A DNA stretch of 64,000 nt from Marsupella aquatica. Taxonomy: Eukaryota; Plantae; Marchantiophyta. Under the pieces are notes generated by a model. That model searched no databases. It was not told the DNA's origin and was given only the letters and a program-made list of their open reading frames with translations. The stretch covers positions 10,072,286 to 10,136,285 of the forward strand of contig OZ316898.1 of the NCBI GenBank assembly GCA_973895155.1, read 5' to 3'. Numbering within the stretch: the stretch's first letter is position 1; the number at the start of each line of letters is the position of its first letter. This document shows positions 39,171 through 51,433 of the stretch, piece after piece. The position numbers and the translations under genes are program-made.

Positions 39171-40525
39171 TCAGAGCAAAAACCTGTTGGGGAAGAATAT
39201 GCAGGCGTCTGCTAACTCATTCTTTCCTAATTTTGATAAAGAAAGATTGATTTTTACTTACTCCATCACTATTCACATCATCAAGGCCAATCAATTATTC
39301 ATTGTTTTGGATTCCCTGTTCCAGAAGGTTGGGAACCTAAGTTGGAAAGTTACCCACCGCTACATATGCCCAGGTGTTGTTAAACATTGAATCATTGTTC
39401 TTTTGAAGGCGCCAATTTGACAGCGGAAATCTACTATTCTATTTCAGTTTAGTGCCACTTAACAAAAGTCTATTCCCATTGAAAGTATTGACCTAGCTGC
39501 CAATTTAAACCAAGCAGTGTATACAGATTTTATACGGAGTAAAAGTTGCATTATGAGATAGGAGATGGGGTTTAGGGCAGGGATGTAGAGTCGGAGGGAA
39601 GGCATGAGAATCCTGCCTGAACTTGAGGTGGCAGCTTCTTTAACCTTTTGGACACTTCCTCCTTATATTGTGCCAGTGGTGGTTTACCTTACCTCACAAG
39701 TAATGGCCCAAGAGAGTATGTCAAACCTAGGACACACCCAGTTCAGGTCCCTGACCTACCATGGCTACCCTACCTCCAAATATTTGCCCGGATACAAAGC
39801 ATAAGCAGTGAGGTGGCGCCACTGGATTTCAGTTCATTTAGTCAAAAATGATGGGTGTCATTCTTTCTTGAATCAAAAGCACTATGAACCAGAGCGATGG
39901 GGAAATCCAGTAGCTCTACTTCTAATTCAACAGGTTGAGCATTCGTTCTTGAATCAAAAGCAAGAAAATTTGAAACATTGAGATACCTGTGCAAGTTTGC
40001 TGACTCATAAGTTTTTCATCTTGATCAACCAATTGGTGGCTTATTGGAAAGTTGATTGGATTCCACTTCCAACAAGCTAAGGTGCCTCAATAGAGTGACG
40101 CTATTCACAACTTATAGGTAAACATATGAACGGAAAATTCCATGAAGGATTTACAAAAATGACACCCATAGGGAGTCATACTCAAAACCTGTGACTTTTG
40201 ACCCCAGGCAACCCTGTCCAAGCTTGTGTGTGTCAGTTTTGACATCACATTATCAACCTCATCTGATGGGCATAACTCTTCTTTGGTTACATCAAGTTCT
40301 GGCTTCAATAGGGCATTCAAAGCTTCAAAGTTGCGGATGATGGTTTTTGGCCATAGCTTTTTCACAGGGTTTTGTAAAGTTTTCTGGTTTTTTTCTATAG
40401 TCTTTACAGTGACTTATGGTCATGGCATATGACCAATCTTTATAGCAAAAAGTTATGGACTATGAATTTGGTAGTTCTTAATTTTCTGTCCGTAACCTTA
40501 ACTACTAAGTTAAGGTCCATCAATC

Positions 40526-40830
40526 CCCGGGGTCCTCACTTCTTTTCTTCCGACCCATCATGCGCGAATAAGTATAGGGTTTTTTATTGGATTTAGTAAA
40601 ATACTTTTAAATTTTTGTTGAAGAATATTAGGGTTATTTTAATCCAATTTTGAGAATTATAAGAATCATAGGGTTTTTTTAATAAAATATGGAAATATTC
40701 TTGGAATATTTTATTAAGTTAGAGATAAAAAAATTCCTAAAAAAAACTTTATTGACTTAACTTTTAGGGTGTTTATTCCCCCAAAACTTCGAGCGTGATA
40801 TGGGACACCCCTTGGATTGAGGCCCCCGAG
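40526..40830. mobile_element. MITE (305 bp) with 8-bp TSD CATCAATC
   Basis: TSD at 40518-40525 and 40831-40838; termini CCCGGGGTCCTCA / TGAGGCCCCCGAG; AT-rich core. Confidence 0.85.
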
Positions 40831-41878
40831 CATCAATCTTAAGTTTGAGGTTTGAGACCCCCTAATGTTAATAGGTCACTCCGTGTTGATGGGGCGTTCG
40901 GAAGGTCACCCAAAATGTGTGTGTCTTAATACTAGAACCCAACCCTACACTCCTATAGATTGCAATGTTTAATGATAAGATGGTTGGATTTAAACCAAAA
41001 CCCACATACACAGTTTTGAAACCATATTTTTATTCAATAAAATCTCTCCTTTGTATTGAGTGCGCTCAGTTTTGGGTGTCAAAAATTGTATCCATTGATC
41101 AGAGTCCTTATGTCAATCATGGTGGTCCATCCAAACATAAAGTTCCTGAAAGGCAAAACAATTGAGCATGTACTATGACTTCAACATAAACTCCAACTTC
41201 TACTTAAGAAATTACCTAAAGCTCAAATACCCTATCTGCTAGATGCATGTATAATTTATCAAACTTGATCAACAACCAGATCAATTAATTAATAAACCAA
41301 GAAAAGTAGTAGACACAAATTGTGCTATGAATCATACATTAGTTGGTATATTTACCAACTGAGCAAACATTCAAGTCATTGAGATAAAATAACTGCAACC
41401 AGCATACCTGATTATGTACTATATAAGGGGAATGGTTATTCTTGGAAGTTAAAGTGGGTGAAAGGGAGATGTTTTCAGTCTGTTCTCTCAGTTGTGATTG
41501 AATTTCATCCAACATGGTACTAAGCAAAAGATCAGCCTGGGATCATGCCTAACAATCATGAAGTCTTACAGGAAGTTTAAGACATAGAAATCTTCTTAGT
41601 TTAGTAATTCCTGCATGATTGAATGGGGCTCATAAGAATGATTCACTGATTACAATGTAGAATCTGGCTTCTTGGGTATCAATTTGTCGACAGTGTCCTT
41701 TGTAAGTTATATCCATTGCGGTTACTCCTGAGACTATGTGACCTCTCTCAAACTTGTGTAGGGAATGTTGGCCTTTGTGGCTAGTCAATTGTAGCTGATG
41801 AAATAGATCTATAAAACCAACACATGTAATCAACCTCAAAATTCAAACAAGTCAAGAGAAAGTATTGGACAACAAAAC

Positions 41879-43395
41879 ATGGATACCAGGAACATGCCAC
41901 AAATTTTGGCACATAGAACAGTCCCAGTCGCTGCTACAGTCTATGAGACATTGTGGGTTCCATGTAGCGCCAAGTTTGTGGTGCTTGGATCCACATCCCG
42001 AAGCAATGGAGCTTTGCAAATATATGAGCTGGACAATGCAGAGGTGAAGAAGCTGAAGGATGTAAACAAAGTTGATGCATTCAAGTGTGGGACATTTGGA
42101 GCAAGCAGTATTGAGCAACGTGCATTGGCAACTGGAGACTTCAAGGGCAAGATCATGATTTGGGACCTGGAAGATTTATCATTGCCAATATTCCACACCA
42201 AGGGACATGAGACAATAGTGAATGCGATGGATGGTTGTGGGGGATTGGGGGTGGGAGATGGTGCTCCTGAATTGGTATCTGGAGGTAGGGATGGACGTGT
42301 TTGTGTGTGGGATCCTCGACAAAAAGATGCAGTTGCCTGTTTTGAGCCTCCAACACGAGAATCAGGAAGAGATTGTTGGACAGTGGCATTTGGGAACTCT
42401 TACAATGATGAGGAGCGATGCATCCTGGCAGGCTACGACAATGGCGACCTCAAGATGTATGACCTCAGAACTAACAAGGTATCAGCAAATAAAGATACAA
42501 ACCTCAAATCTAAATATTGTTGATAAAATATAATAGATCTCCCTACCCATTTTAAAAGGAACACTAAATTAAACAAGCCAAACTGTTGTGCTCCTTGAGA
42601 TGAGCTGATCCCTTCACACATTTTTCACTCTATTCAAAAATGTTTAATTCCACCAAAGATGTTTTCTAATTTCATTTCAGATGTTACATTCTGATGCTTG
42701 GTTGATTGCAGAGAATGTCCCATAAACATTTGCCGAATTGACTCAAAACTTGATTTCTTGTTGAAAATTGATTTGTTTCTTCAAAAAGATTGGTAGGCAC
42801 CTGCAATTCACCCAAACACACTAGCTAGCCCTCACAAATTTACCTACAGGATAGAGTTTGGGGACCAAGAGGACTTCAGTCCCAAGACAAATAATTTAAT
42901 TGCTCTATGATTCCTTGTTAGGTGCGCTGGGAGACTACTTTGTTGAATGGAGTTTGTGGAGTGGAGTTTGATCGTAAAGATATCAAGATGAACAAGTGTG
43001 TTGCAGTAACATTAGAGTCCAAGTTCCATGTGTTTGATCTTCGAACACAACACCCCGAGCAGGGTTTTGCATTCATGTCAGAAAAGCTAAAGCATGAGTC
43101 AACTCTATGGGGTGCAAGGCACCTCCCACAAAATCGGGAGATTTTCATGATACTTAACGGGGATGGTTCACTCTCTCTCTACAAATACTCATACCCATCA
43201 CAAAGGTGGCTCAAAGATGACATGGGCCGGAAATTTGGTGTCGCAGGGACTACAGAATTGCTCAACAACAAACCTTTTGCCTCTCAACCAATCTCATGCC
43301 TCAATTGGAACCCTGATAAAAAGGGGCTAGCTGTTTGTGGATCCTTTGATCAGAATGTTAGGATCATTGTCGTCACCAAATTGGACAAGATTTGA
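41879..43395 (+). CDS. WDR92: WD-repeat protein 92 / dynein axonemal assembly factor 10; exons 41879-42478 and 42922-43395
   Basis: PQI..H....TVY...[118 protein letters not shown]. Confidence 0.96.
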
Positions 43396-43860
43396 GGCAC
43401 TAGAATTTCAAGTCTAAGTATCTTTGAAATATCTTATTGTGTACACTAGCTATCGGCCTCATTTTGTACATGCCACAATGTTCTTGATCATAGAGAGAAA
43501 ATAATTTTGTTGAAACCAATTGCTGGAAATTGCATGAGGCATTAGATGTCAATTGTTTACTGTCATGTTTTGGATAATTATGTTATGTCCTCTCTCTTTA
43601 AAGTCAAGTATTTAATTTTCTAATTTTTTATCATTAAGAAATATATGATTGTGCATCACTATTTAGTTGCACAGCATTGAACTTTTTCACATGCTTAGGC
43701 TTAATTTTGGAAGCAATGAGATGGGTAATGAAATGAATGAAAAACTTGTCTGTCTCACAAAATGTTTATCCAATGGCACAAAAAAGTATTAGAGTACGGA
43801 TTGCCAGAGAAATCTAAATCAAAAAAGTCAAATAACCTCTTATGGTCATCATGACGGAAA

Positions 43861-44180
43861 ATCTTTGCAACAGCAAACATGGGCGTGGGTAAAACCCTTG
43901 TGTCAGCTGGATTGGCAGCATCCATTCTCCCCAAGGGAACTGCAAGTGCACAAGGAGCTGACAACATAGCGAGGGATGTTTTGTATGTAAAGCTTGTGCA
44001 GACTGGTTTCCAAGTGACTCAGACGCACGATTTGTAACCAACCAAGTTTTTGACATTGTCAAGAGCAGGCGGCAAGAGCTTTGAAGTGGTGTCCACGTTC
44101 GTAACCAGTTCTTCAACACTTCAGCTGCTGTTCGGCGAGCGATGAATTCGGATGTGGCTTCCTTTCCAAAGGTCTTCTCT
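43861..44180 (+). pseudogene. Fragment of the dethiobiotin synthetase N-terminus (BIO3-BIO1-like)
   Basis: Manual translation gives ANMGVGKTLVSAGLAASIL...LYVKLVQTGF[1-nt frameshift at ~44011]PSDSDARFV...RRQEL*, matching the BioD P-loop (GVGKT) and the KPVQTGFPxDSD motif. Confidence 0.85.
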
Positions 44181-44204
44181 AATGTTCAATCTCCTCTTAG
44201 GCCA

Positions 44205-44323
44205 ACACTAATGTGACACTTTTGTCCCTAATGTGTTTGTGCCAGTGGTGGGGACAAAGTCCAAAATACACCTTGGTCAAAGGCGTTTGGACAAAGGTGT
44301 ATCTTGTCCCTATTCTAGTAGTG
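44205..44323. mobile_element. Orphan CACTA-type right terminus
   Basis: Ends in TTCTAGTAGTG (reverse complement CACTACTAGAA), preceded by inverted GGGACA/TGTCCC subterminal motifs. No matching left end with a TSD found. Confidence 0.55.
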
Positions 44324-44340
44324 TAGAACTACCATTCAAC

Positions 44341-44627
44341 CTTGGGGGATTAATTAAGTGTATATTTTGGGGTACCACGTGCAATCCTAGCCTAATATAA
44401 ACACACCTATTTTATAACTAGAATATTCTAAAAACATAATTTATTTTAAATATTAATGACCTATTTTACTTTATAAAAGGTATTTATTAGAGAATATTCT
44501 ACAAATATGGGTTTATAATACCTTCTTTTGTTTTCTACGCTTTAAAAAAATTTAGCTAATTTCTATGAAAAATACTTATTTTGGATCGCACGTGGTTTCT
44601 AAGATTTTTGATAGTCAACCCCCCAAG
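44341..44627. mobile_element. MITE (287 bp) with 8-bp TSD CATTCAAC
   Basis: TSD at 44333-44340 and 44628-44635; termini CTTGGGGG / CCCCCAAG; inner inverted ACCACGTGC(A/G)ATCC; AT-rich core. Confidence 0.85.
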
Positions 44628-44729
44628 CATTCAACCAGTCTTCATCAAAAACTATAATACATTGTTGTGCCAGAAAATGTAGTGGTCGTTATTCAAATTT
44701 GGTTTTAGGAGAGATTGGTCAAATTTTGA

Positions 44730-45060
44730 AGATGATTTTAGGGGACATAGATATGGTGTATGTTGGACAGACATTATTGACCAAACATGATGTTAAGGGG
44801 ACTAGTGAAGATGGTTTTAGGGGACATAGATATGGTGTATGTTGGACAAACATTATTGGACGGACATGATGTTAAGCGGACTAGTAGAAGGTGTTTACGG
44901 ACTCGTTGAGATGGTTTTAGGGGACATAGATTGATATGGTGTATGTAGGACAAAAGCTTCTGAATGACGTGGTGTTAAGGGGACTAGTAGAAGGTGTTCA
45001 TGGACAACATGAGACGGTTTTAGGGGACACATGGGAAAAAGGACACTTTGGACACCGTTT
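44730..45060. repeat. Tandem ~80-105-bp repeats, probably a transposon subterminal array
   Basis: GATGGTTTTAGGGGACATAGATATGGTGTATGTTGGACA-like unit repeated 3-4 times; shares the GGGGACA motif with 44205-44323. Confidence 0.8.
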
Positions 45061-45292
45061 TCCATGATATTGTAGGGACAATATCATATTTATCGAAAGA
45101 AAACAAACTTATGATGTTACCATTCAAAAATTTATTCAAATTGAAAACAGCAAAGTTATTACAACACAATTTAGATCGAGTTGGTACTATGTGCTAGACC
45201 TGATACTATATAACAAAAGTAATTGCTAAGTATGAGGTGAGAATGAAACAGCTGGTTCAGCCTCAAGATCATTTCATCTTGTCTCATATATA

Positions 45293-46135
45293 CTAGCTAT
45301 CTTCACCTTGTACAACATTATCCATCTCAAGAGCCGTAGGACCTCTTTTCTGGAGAGTGTATTTTTTGTAGGATGCATCCTTCCAAGCACTCACCCCCTC
45401 AATGGTAGGAACATCTCCCTTCTCCAGAATCTGATTGGAAACAACAACTTGAAAGAATAAAAAGTAACCCAATAAACCATTTATAGCTTCAATGAGAAGT
45501 AATTCACAGAACTGTGCACATAATCTGGACACTAATTTTACTGTGCACATAATATGTATACTAATTTTATTGCCATGGATTGTAATGCAATAAACATGTA
45601 CTGGAGTCATTCTGAATGGAAAACTTACATGAATTCCCATTGCTCTTGCAATTCCTCCCCTGCCCATAGGATTTCCACATCCTCTTTTTTCCACCAATGC
45701 ATGAGACATAGTTGTAAACCTATCCCTTGTTTTTGCAAACTCTTCATCACAAAGTTGTTTTGCAAAATGCTCAAACTCAAGAAGAAATACTCCATGAGGG
45801 GGTGGTAGATTTTGGGAGTTTGGAGGTAGATTCTCCAAGTAAACTTGGACAACTTTTCTGGTTTGAGTTCTTTGATAGCCAATCAATAAATTTGCATTTC
45901 TCATTGTCCATTTGAATGAAAGAAGCTTCCCATTCTCATATTTCTTATGAAGCTTTGTATACATCTGCTGATACACATCATCTGCAATATAAGGTATGGA
46001 AGTGAAACACATTACCTCCAACTTGGTAATAAGAGATAATTCTCTTACTACTATTCCATGACAGTCACCAATTGGGACCCCTTCACGTAATTCAAGTTTG
46101 GGCTTCATCAAAACACTCTCAGATTGCACCTCCAA
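45293..46135 (-). CDS. Hypothetical, probably transposon-associated ORF (may be degraded or spliced)
   Basis: 280-codon open frame in AT-rich DNA, co-oriented with the split ORF at 46755. The listed start is not ATG and no domain was recognised. Confidence 0.3.
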   Translation of the reverse strand: MEVQSESVLMKPKLELREGVPIGDCHGIVVRELSLITKLEVMCFTSIPYIADDVYQQMYTKLHKKYENGKLLSFKWTMRNANLLIGYQRTQTRKVVQVYLENLPPNSQNLPPPHGVFLLEFEHFAKQLCDEEFAKTRDRFTTMSHALVEKRGCGNPMGRGGIARAMGIHVSFPFRMTPVHVYCITIHGNKISIHIMCTVKLVSRLCAQFCELLLIEAINGLLGYFLFFQVVVSNQILEKGDVPTIEGVSAWKDASYKKYTLQKRGPTALEMDNVVQGEDS

Positions 46136-46754
46136 TTTGTTTTGCTGCCTTGACTTTCTCTCTTTGTGCTCTCTTCCTCAATCTTTCATATGCTAACAAG
46201 AAGCCCTAAATGATGAGTAACAAGCCCATACTTTAGGAACTCTAGCCAAAAAATCAGAAAAACAACGAAAAAGTAAAAAAAAGTGCCAAAATTAGCACCT
46301 ATTTTAGAACAAAAATATGGAGCGAACAAAATAAGACATAAACTAGCTATGTTTTGACGCCTAAAAATGACCAAATTCATCTGAAGTTACATCCCACCAA
46401 TAAATGATCTCAAATACAACACTATTATCTACAATGGTCTCACAATTACACAAGCTGTCTCTTGAAACAACAACTAAATCACCTCCAAAAGCCATTGTCA
46501 TTTAAAAACCAAAAAATAAATTACTACAACTTAACCTGATACACATTATTGTGAAAAGAAGACAAGGAGAATAGAAATGACACCATCTAATTGAATTGAA
46601 ACACAACCCACTAAGAAAATATTAAACTACAAATTTCTCAAGAAACTTTAACCATGAATTCATGAATAAGTGGTAAAGGCATATTGAAAATTTGAAAAAT
46701 TTCAAGTTATCTATGTTTTTCAATGGTAATGTCATAAACAATAACTATTGTTCA

Positions 46755-47258
46755 TTACTCAGATCCAGAAGTCCTCAATTCTTGAAACGAAATATCCCTA
46801 GATTTATCTCCTAGCGGGGTTCTAGCTGATCTATTCTCTTGTTCTTGCTCTTTCTCTTCTGCCAAAAATTCAGTCAATCGGATTTTGATTCGATCTACTG
46901 TCTTTTTGTATAATGTATCAGATTTTGTCAACATGAAATTATAAGCAAAAACAGTCGTGGAAGATAAATCAAGCTCTTGGTGAAACCATATTGGTTTCAA
47001 AGTTCCTTTCCCACGACCACTTTTCTTCTTTTCGTAGTTTAAGACTTCTGGTAAGTACTTGGCTTTCCAAGGATCTGACCCGGTTTTTGCAGCATGCCAT
47101 AAAACATAAATCATTTTTGGAATGTTGAACTCGTCGCGCTGGTCAATTCTTTCCACCTTGGCCACCCACAATGTTTCCGATTCTTCTCCAGCAACAGAAA
47201 TATAAGTGTTGACTTCAAGATCCAAAAAGTCTCCTTCCATATTCTCCTTCTCTGCATC
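46755..47258 (-). pseudogene. C-terminal part of the ORF disrupted by the CACTA insertion
   Basis: Joins in frame to 63621-64000 once the element and one ATC are removed: ...YRNQGKID-AEKENMEGDFLDL...LWVAKVERI...VLWHA. Confidence 0.8.
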
Positions 47259-48084
47259 CACTAGTAGAAACCGGGGGGTATTTAGACCCCATTAAATGAC
47301 TATTCAGTACCGTATAGGACTTGGAAACGACTGGGAAGGACTCTAGTCCTTTATAGGACTGCGAGTCGTATGTTTTGTTACTATAATCAACTGAGTCCTT
47401 TATAGAACTGGTTTATAAGTCGTTTAATAGACTGGATTTTCAGTCTATTTTAGTCTTTGTGTGGGTAGCTTTGGTGAGTCGTTTTCAGTCTTTTATGGGC
47501 TGCGATGATGAGTCGTTGGGAACGACTAAAAAGGTTATGGAGGGTAGTCTTTAAATATACTTTGTGGGGTATGTATAAGTCTTTCATGTCAACTGGATAT
47601 GAGTGATGAAGACCCCACTATACTACTTGGAATGAACTCACTCTTGTGCACAAATAACATATTGCATTCATGTTTTATTGTGTACTTGGAATGAACTCAC
47701 TCTATAAGTTCACCATTCATCATGTTAACATTAGAATACATAGTTTCAGAAAGCCATCTTCTATACCATGTACACTAATATGAATTCACAGATTCAAACT
47801 TCATAGACTACAAAGAAGGTCACAAAGTATTCCTCTATACCATACACACTAATACTGAAATGATAAAATAGATTCAAGTATCATAGACAATCACCATAGA
47901 GCCATAGTTTGACATCAATCACTTGTTTCATACATACAGAATTCAGAAATATCAATGTCACACACAACGTCTCCTTCATCCTCTTTACCAAATGGAAAAA
48001 TTGGTACAGATATTTCTTGGATCTTTCCAAGGCAATGTCAAAATGTGACACAATTCACATGATGCTATTTACACTTGCATTCAG

Positions 48085-51000
48085 TCACTGCAGACTAACA
48101 CACTCTGATGGCCAGAGCACAAGAGATCCTACTGCATCTGCAATTATTTCCTGAGGTGGATCATCGTCTCTATTTGGAAATGGCAAATTACAATCAGATA
48201 CAATCACTGTAGTCAACAACACTACTACATGGTCATCCGGGACCACTTTGCCATGGAATTTTGCATGATCCGGTCGCAAAATGCCTGTACCCACACATAC
48301 CTGCGAGTCATCCTCCCATGATAGAAGATTATGGACTGGCTCTGCTGTGGCTATCACCTCCACCTTACCCTGGCTGTTTTTCTTGGCTTTCCTGGGTGGC
48401 TTATACATGACATTATTCATACCTTGGTTGCGAGTCATGACTTTGGCACGAGTGTTTTGTGCTGGTGATCGAGAATTGGCTACACTCTTCTTCAAAGAAT
48501 CTGCATCCATATTTGACACTTCTGATTGTGTAGCAGGATTTCCCTGCGACATCATCTCAGTATCTGCCAACATTGTACTTGCTTCAATTGAAGCATCTAC
48601 AATCTTACTTGCATCCAATGTTGCTCCCAAGTTTTGACGTCGCTTCACCCTACTCCCACTTGGTTGAGAGTCTGTCAACTCTGCATCAACTACAATTCAG
48701 TGTCATGTCCAACATAAGTCAATCACTCATCACATGTGCTAAATGTACATGTCACCAACCACAAAGTTGTCACTATCTCCTTACCATTATGAACAGCCTT
48801 CTTCCCCTTCTTTGCCATTGCCATATGCTCCATGTCTGCTTCTGTTGATCAATAAACACACCACAATATTCAGGTTGAATCTATTAACCACTGAATTGTT
48901 GCTCAACATTCATATAGAGGAATTTAAAGCATCAGCTTACCTGATACCTCCTTGGCTATGGTCACTGAGGCACTGGGCATATCTTCTTCATTATTGCTCT
49001 TTGAATCACCTGATACATCAATCATGATGTCACTTCAGATCCCAGTTCATCCAACCAGTTCTTACAGAAAAGATTACCTCCAACCGGCTTAAGCTTCACA
49101 AAACTCCATGCACTTTTCAAATGTAATGTACTGGATCATAGCAGGTTACCTGTCTCAGCAACCTTCTTGCCCTTCTGCTTACTGATTACAGGGTCCTTCT
49201 CTTCCTCCACTCTTCCTGCATTCAAACCATTCACTCAATTCATGAAAACTTACTTCTAACATTTGAACATAGATCACAATGAACAATGGGCCGGTGTCAT
49301 TTCCATACCTGTGTCAGATTTGCCAATTCCCTTTTTTGTTAACAAGGGCACACTTTGTACAATGTTGCCCTCATTGTTTGGTTGGGAACCACCCAATTTT
49401 TCAATCACAAGCTTGAAATTAGATTCCACTGATGCAAGAAGGTTCGCTACAGATGCCTCCACAATATCCAAACGATCAGCCAATTTACTTTCCACTCGAG
49501 GGAGTCCACACTCTAATGACTTCAACCGTTCACACATCTCTGTGAGAGTTGTAACAGTTCCCTGTCATAACACAGCTTACATATCTCAGATAACTGTCCC
49601 CAAGAACTGGTTGCTTACTTCCTACTACATTTCTTTCTGATGCTCAAGGCCAAATAGTCACAGAACATACAGAATTACAACATAATCACCTGTTTGGAAG
49701 TTACACTTGTCACCTCACTCCTTTGTTTCATGAACTCCTCTCTCACTTCTTGTGTTGATGGTTCTTCACCTGTCAATTTCTTCTGCAGTCCACATCAACA
49801 TACATATGAATGAAACCAAGTGTTGATTGTCAATGAAAATGTAATAATGGTAGCAAGATGATAAGTTTGAGGCTTACTATCAGGCATGTCACTGCCTTAC
49901 CAATTGTTCTTTCACTGGAGCATAACTTCCTCTCCCAGCCTGTGAAAGGTGTTTCACTTTGTCTCGAGCATTTGACATCAGTTCACTCTTGCTCTGTCCA
50001 GCCTCCGACATGAACCCTTTGATTAACCGTGTCCATTGATCCAGTTCCAATGATGGGGGTGGTGGCATTCTCCTGTTAGAACCATTGTCTATCCACATCC
50101 TTTTCAACCTATGCCTCTCTTGTTTCAAAATCCTCATTGCATAATCTGATATGCAATCTTCAACTGGGCCCTTACCATCATTACCAACATACTCCCACCG
50201 TTCAAGAATGTCCTTGCAGATAGCAGCCCAATCAGCTTTGTTCTGACTCCTAAACTCTGTAATGCTCAAATCTAACCAACGCAATACTTCTCCTCTTAGG
50301 TCAGAATGCCAATGGTTCTTACCATCACATGTGGGAGTTATCCAACCTTTGGAATTCACTTCTACTTTACCAAATTTGTTACTGTCTCCTACCTTGGTAC
50401 TCCCTGAAGCGCTACTAGGTGTCCCTCCACGGCCTGGTGTCCCCCCACGGCCTGGGGTCCCTCCACGGCCTGATCTCCCCCCACGGCCTGGATTGCATTG
50501 TCCAAACCTCCCTGGAGTCCCTGCACATTTACAGGATCCATTTACAGTCACTTACATTAGGTAAGTATGAATCATAAATCCCGCTGCCAAATATACAGTG
50601 GACTTCAGAGCAATTCTGCAATGACCAAGTTACCTCTCCCTTGGCGCATAGATGGTTCTGGACCACCTGTCCTATTGCTTTGTCTTGATGAATTAGGGGC
50701 GTTTCTCCTGCCTGTGAATGATTGCCTCCTATCTGAACGTGGATGGCCTTTGTTGTTTTCGTGATTGTCCCAATCAGAGTCTGCATACCAACAGGTACAT
50801 GCCACACTCATGGACCTGTAAGATAAACTCTTTGCCCTAGCTACACATCAGATAAGTGCATATTGAGCTAAATCTCTACTACCATCACAAAATCACTAGC
50901 ACAAGGCATTTACTTGTCCAATCATCCTCCTCACCTTTCCATTGCCCTCTGTACCCGTCTCTACCACGCTCTGGGTGTTCATATTCATCCCATCCATCTT

Positions 51001-51256
51001 CTGCTCCATCATAGTCATCATCATAATTATCAGGCGTCCCTTGCCAATAACTCTGGCTCCTTCTAGGGTATGGATTATGTGATTTCTCTCTAGCTGCCCA
51101 CCTACCTGGGACTTCATGAGGGCCCTGTGCATCTTGCACAGGTGCATTTTTTTGTGAGCCCCCTGCATCTGGGTCTCCATCCATATCCAATCTTTCCTCT
51201 TCACCCCACTCTCCAAGCCCCATGTTTGTCTCCATGTCATCACCCTCTTCCCCCAT
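48085..51256 (-). CDS. TnpA-like second CACTA gene (multi-exon; exact internal exon map not resolved)
   Basis: ATG at 51256 after TGTGCAG|AAGCT. Acidic N-terminus, PGRGGT repeats, a Ptta/En/Spm-like segment (RHRLKR.W...PPP.L..DQW..L......SELMSNAR......GRGSY) and a C-terminal FHG..VP.....V......LPFP...D...I.DAVG..VLWP domain. Confidence 0.8.
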
Positions 51257-51433
51257 AGCTTCTGCACAGCACCCACAACCAAACAGGGAGAATCAGCACA
51301 CTAAATTCAAAGTATCAATCAATTTCATGCATATCCAACTATCCTAAACATCATTCCAGGCAGCAATTCCCGTTATGTGACTCTGTGCAGGTAGTCATCC
51401 TCAACCTCATACTTGCCAATCCCCAGTTGTTGC

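Noticed and set aside
44205-44323. A complete mini-CACTA (CACTA...TAGTG)
   Set aside because: The flanks CAA and TAG do not form a TSD and the two ends match only over CACTA, so it is kept as an orphan right end.
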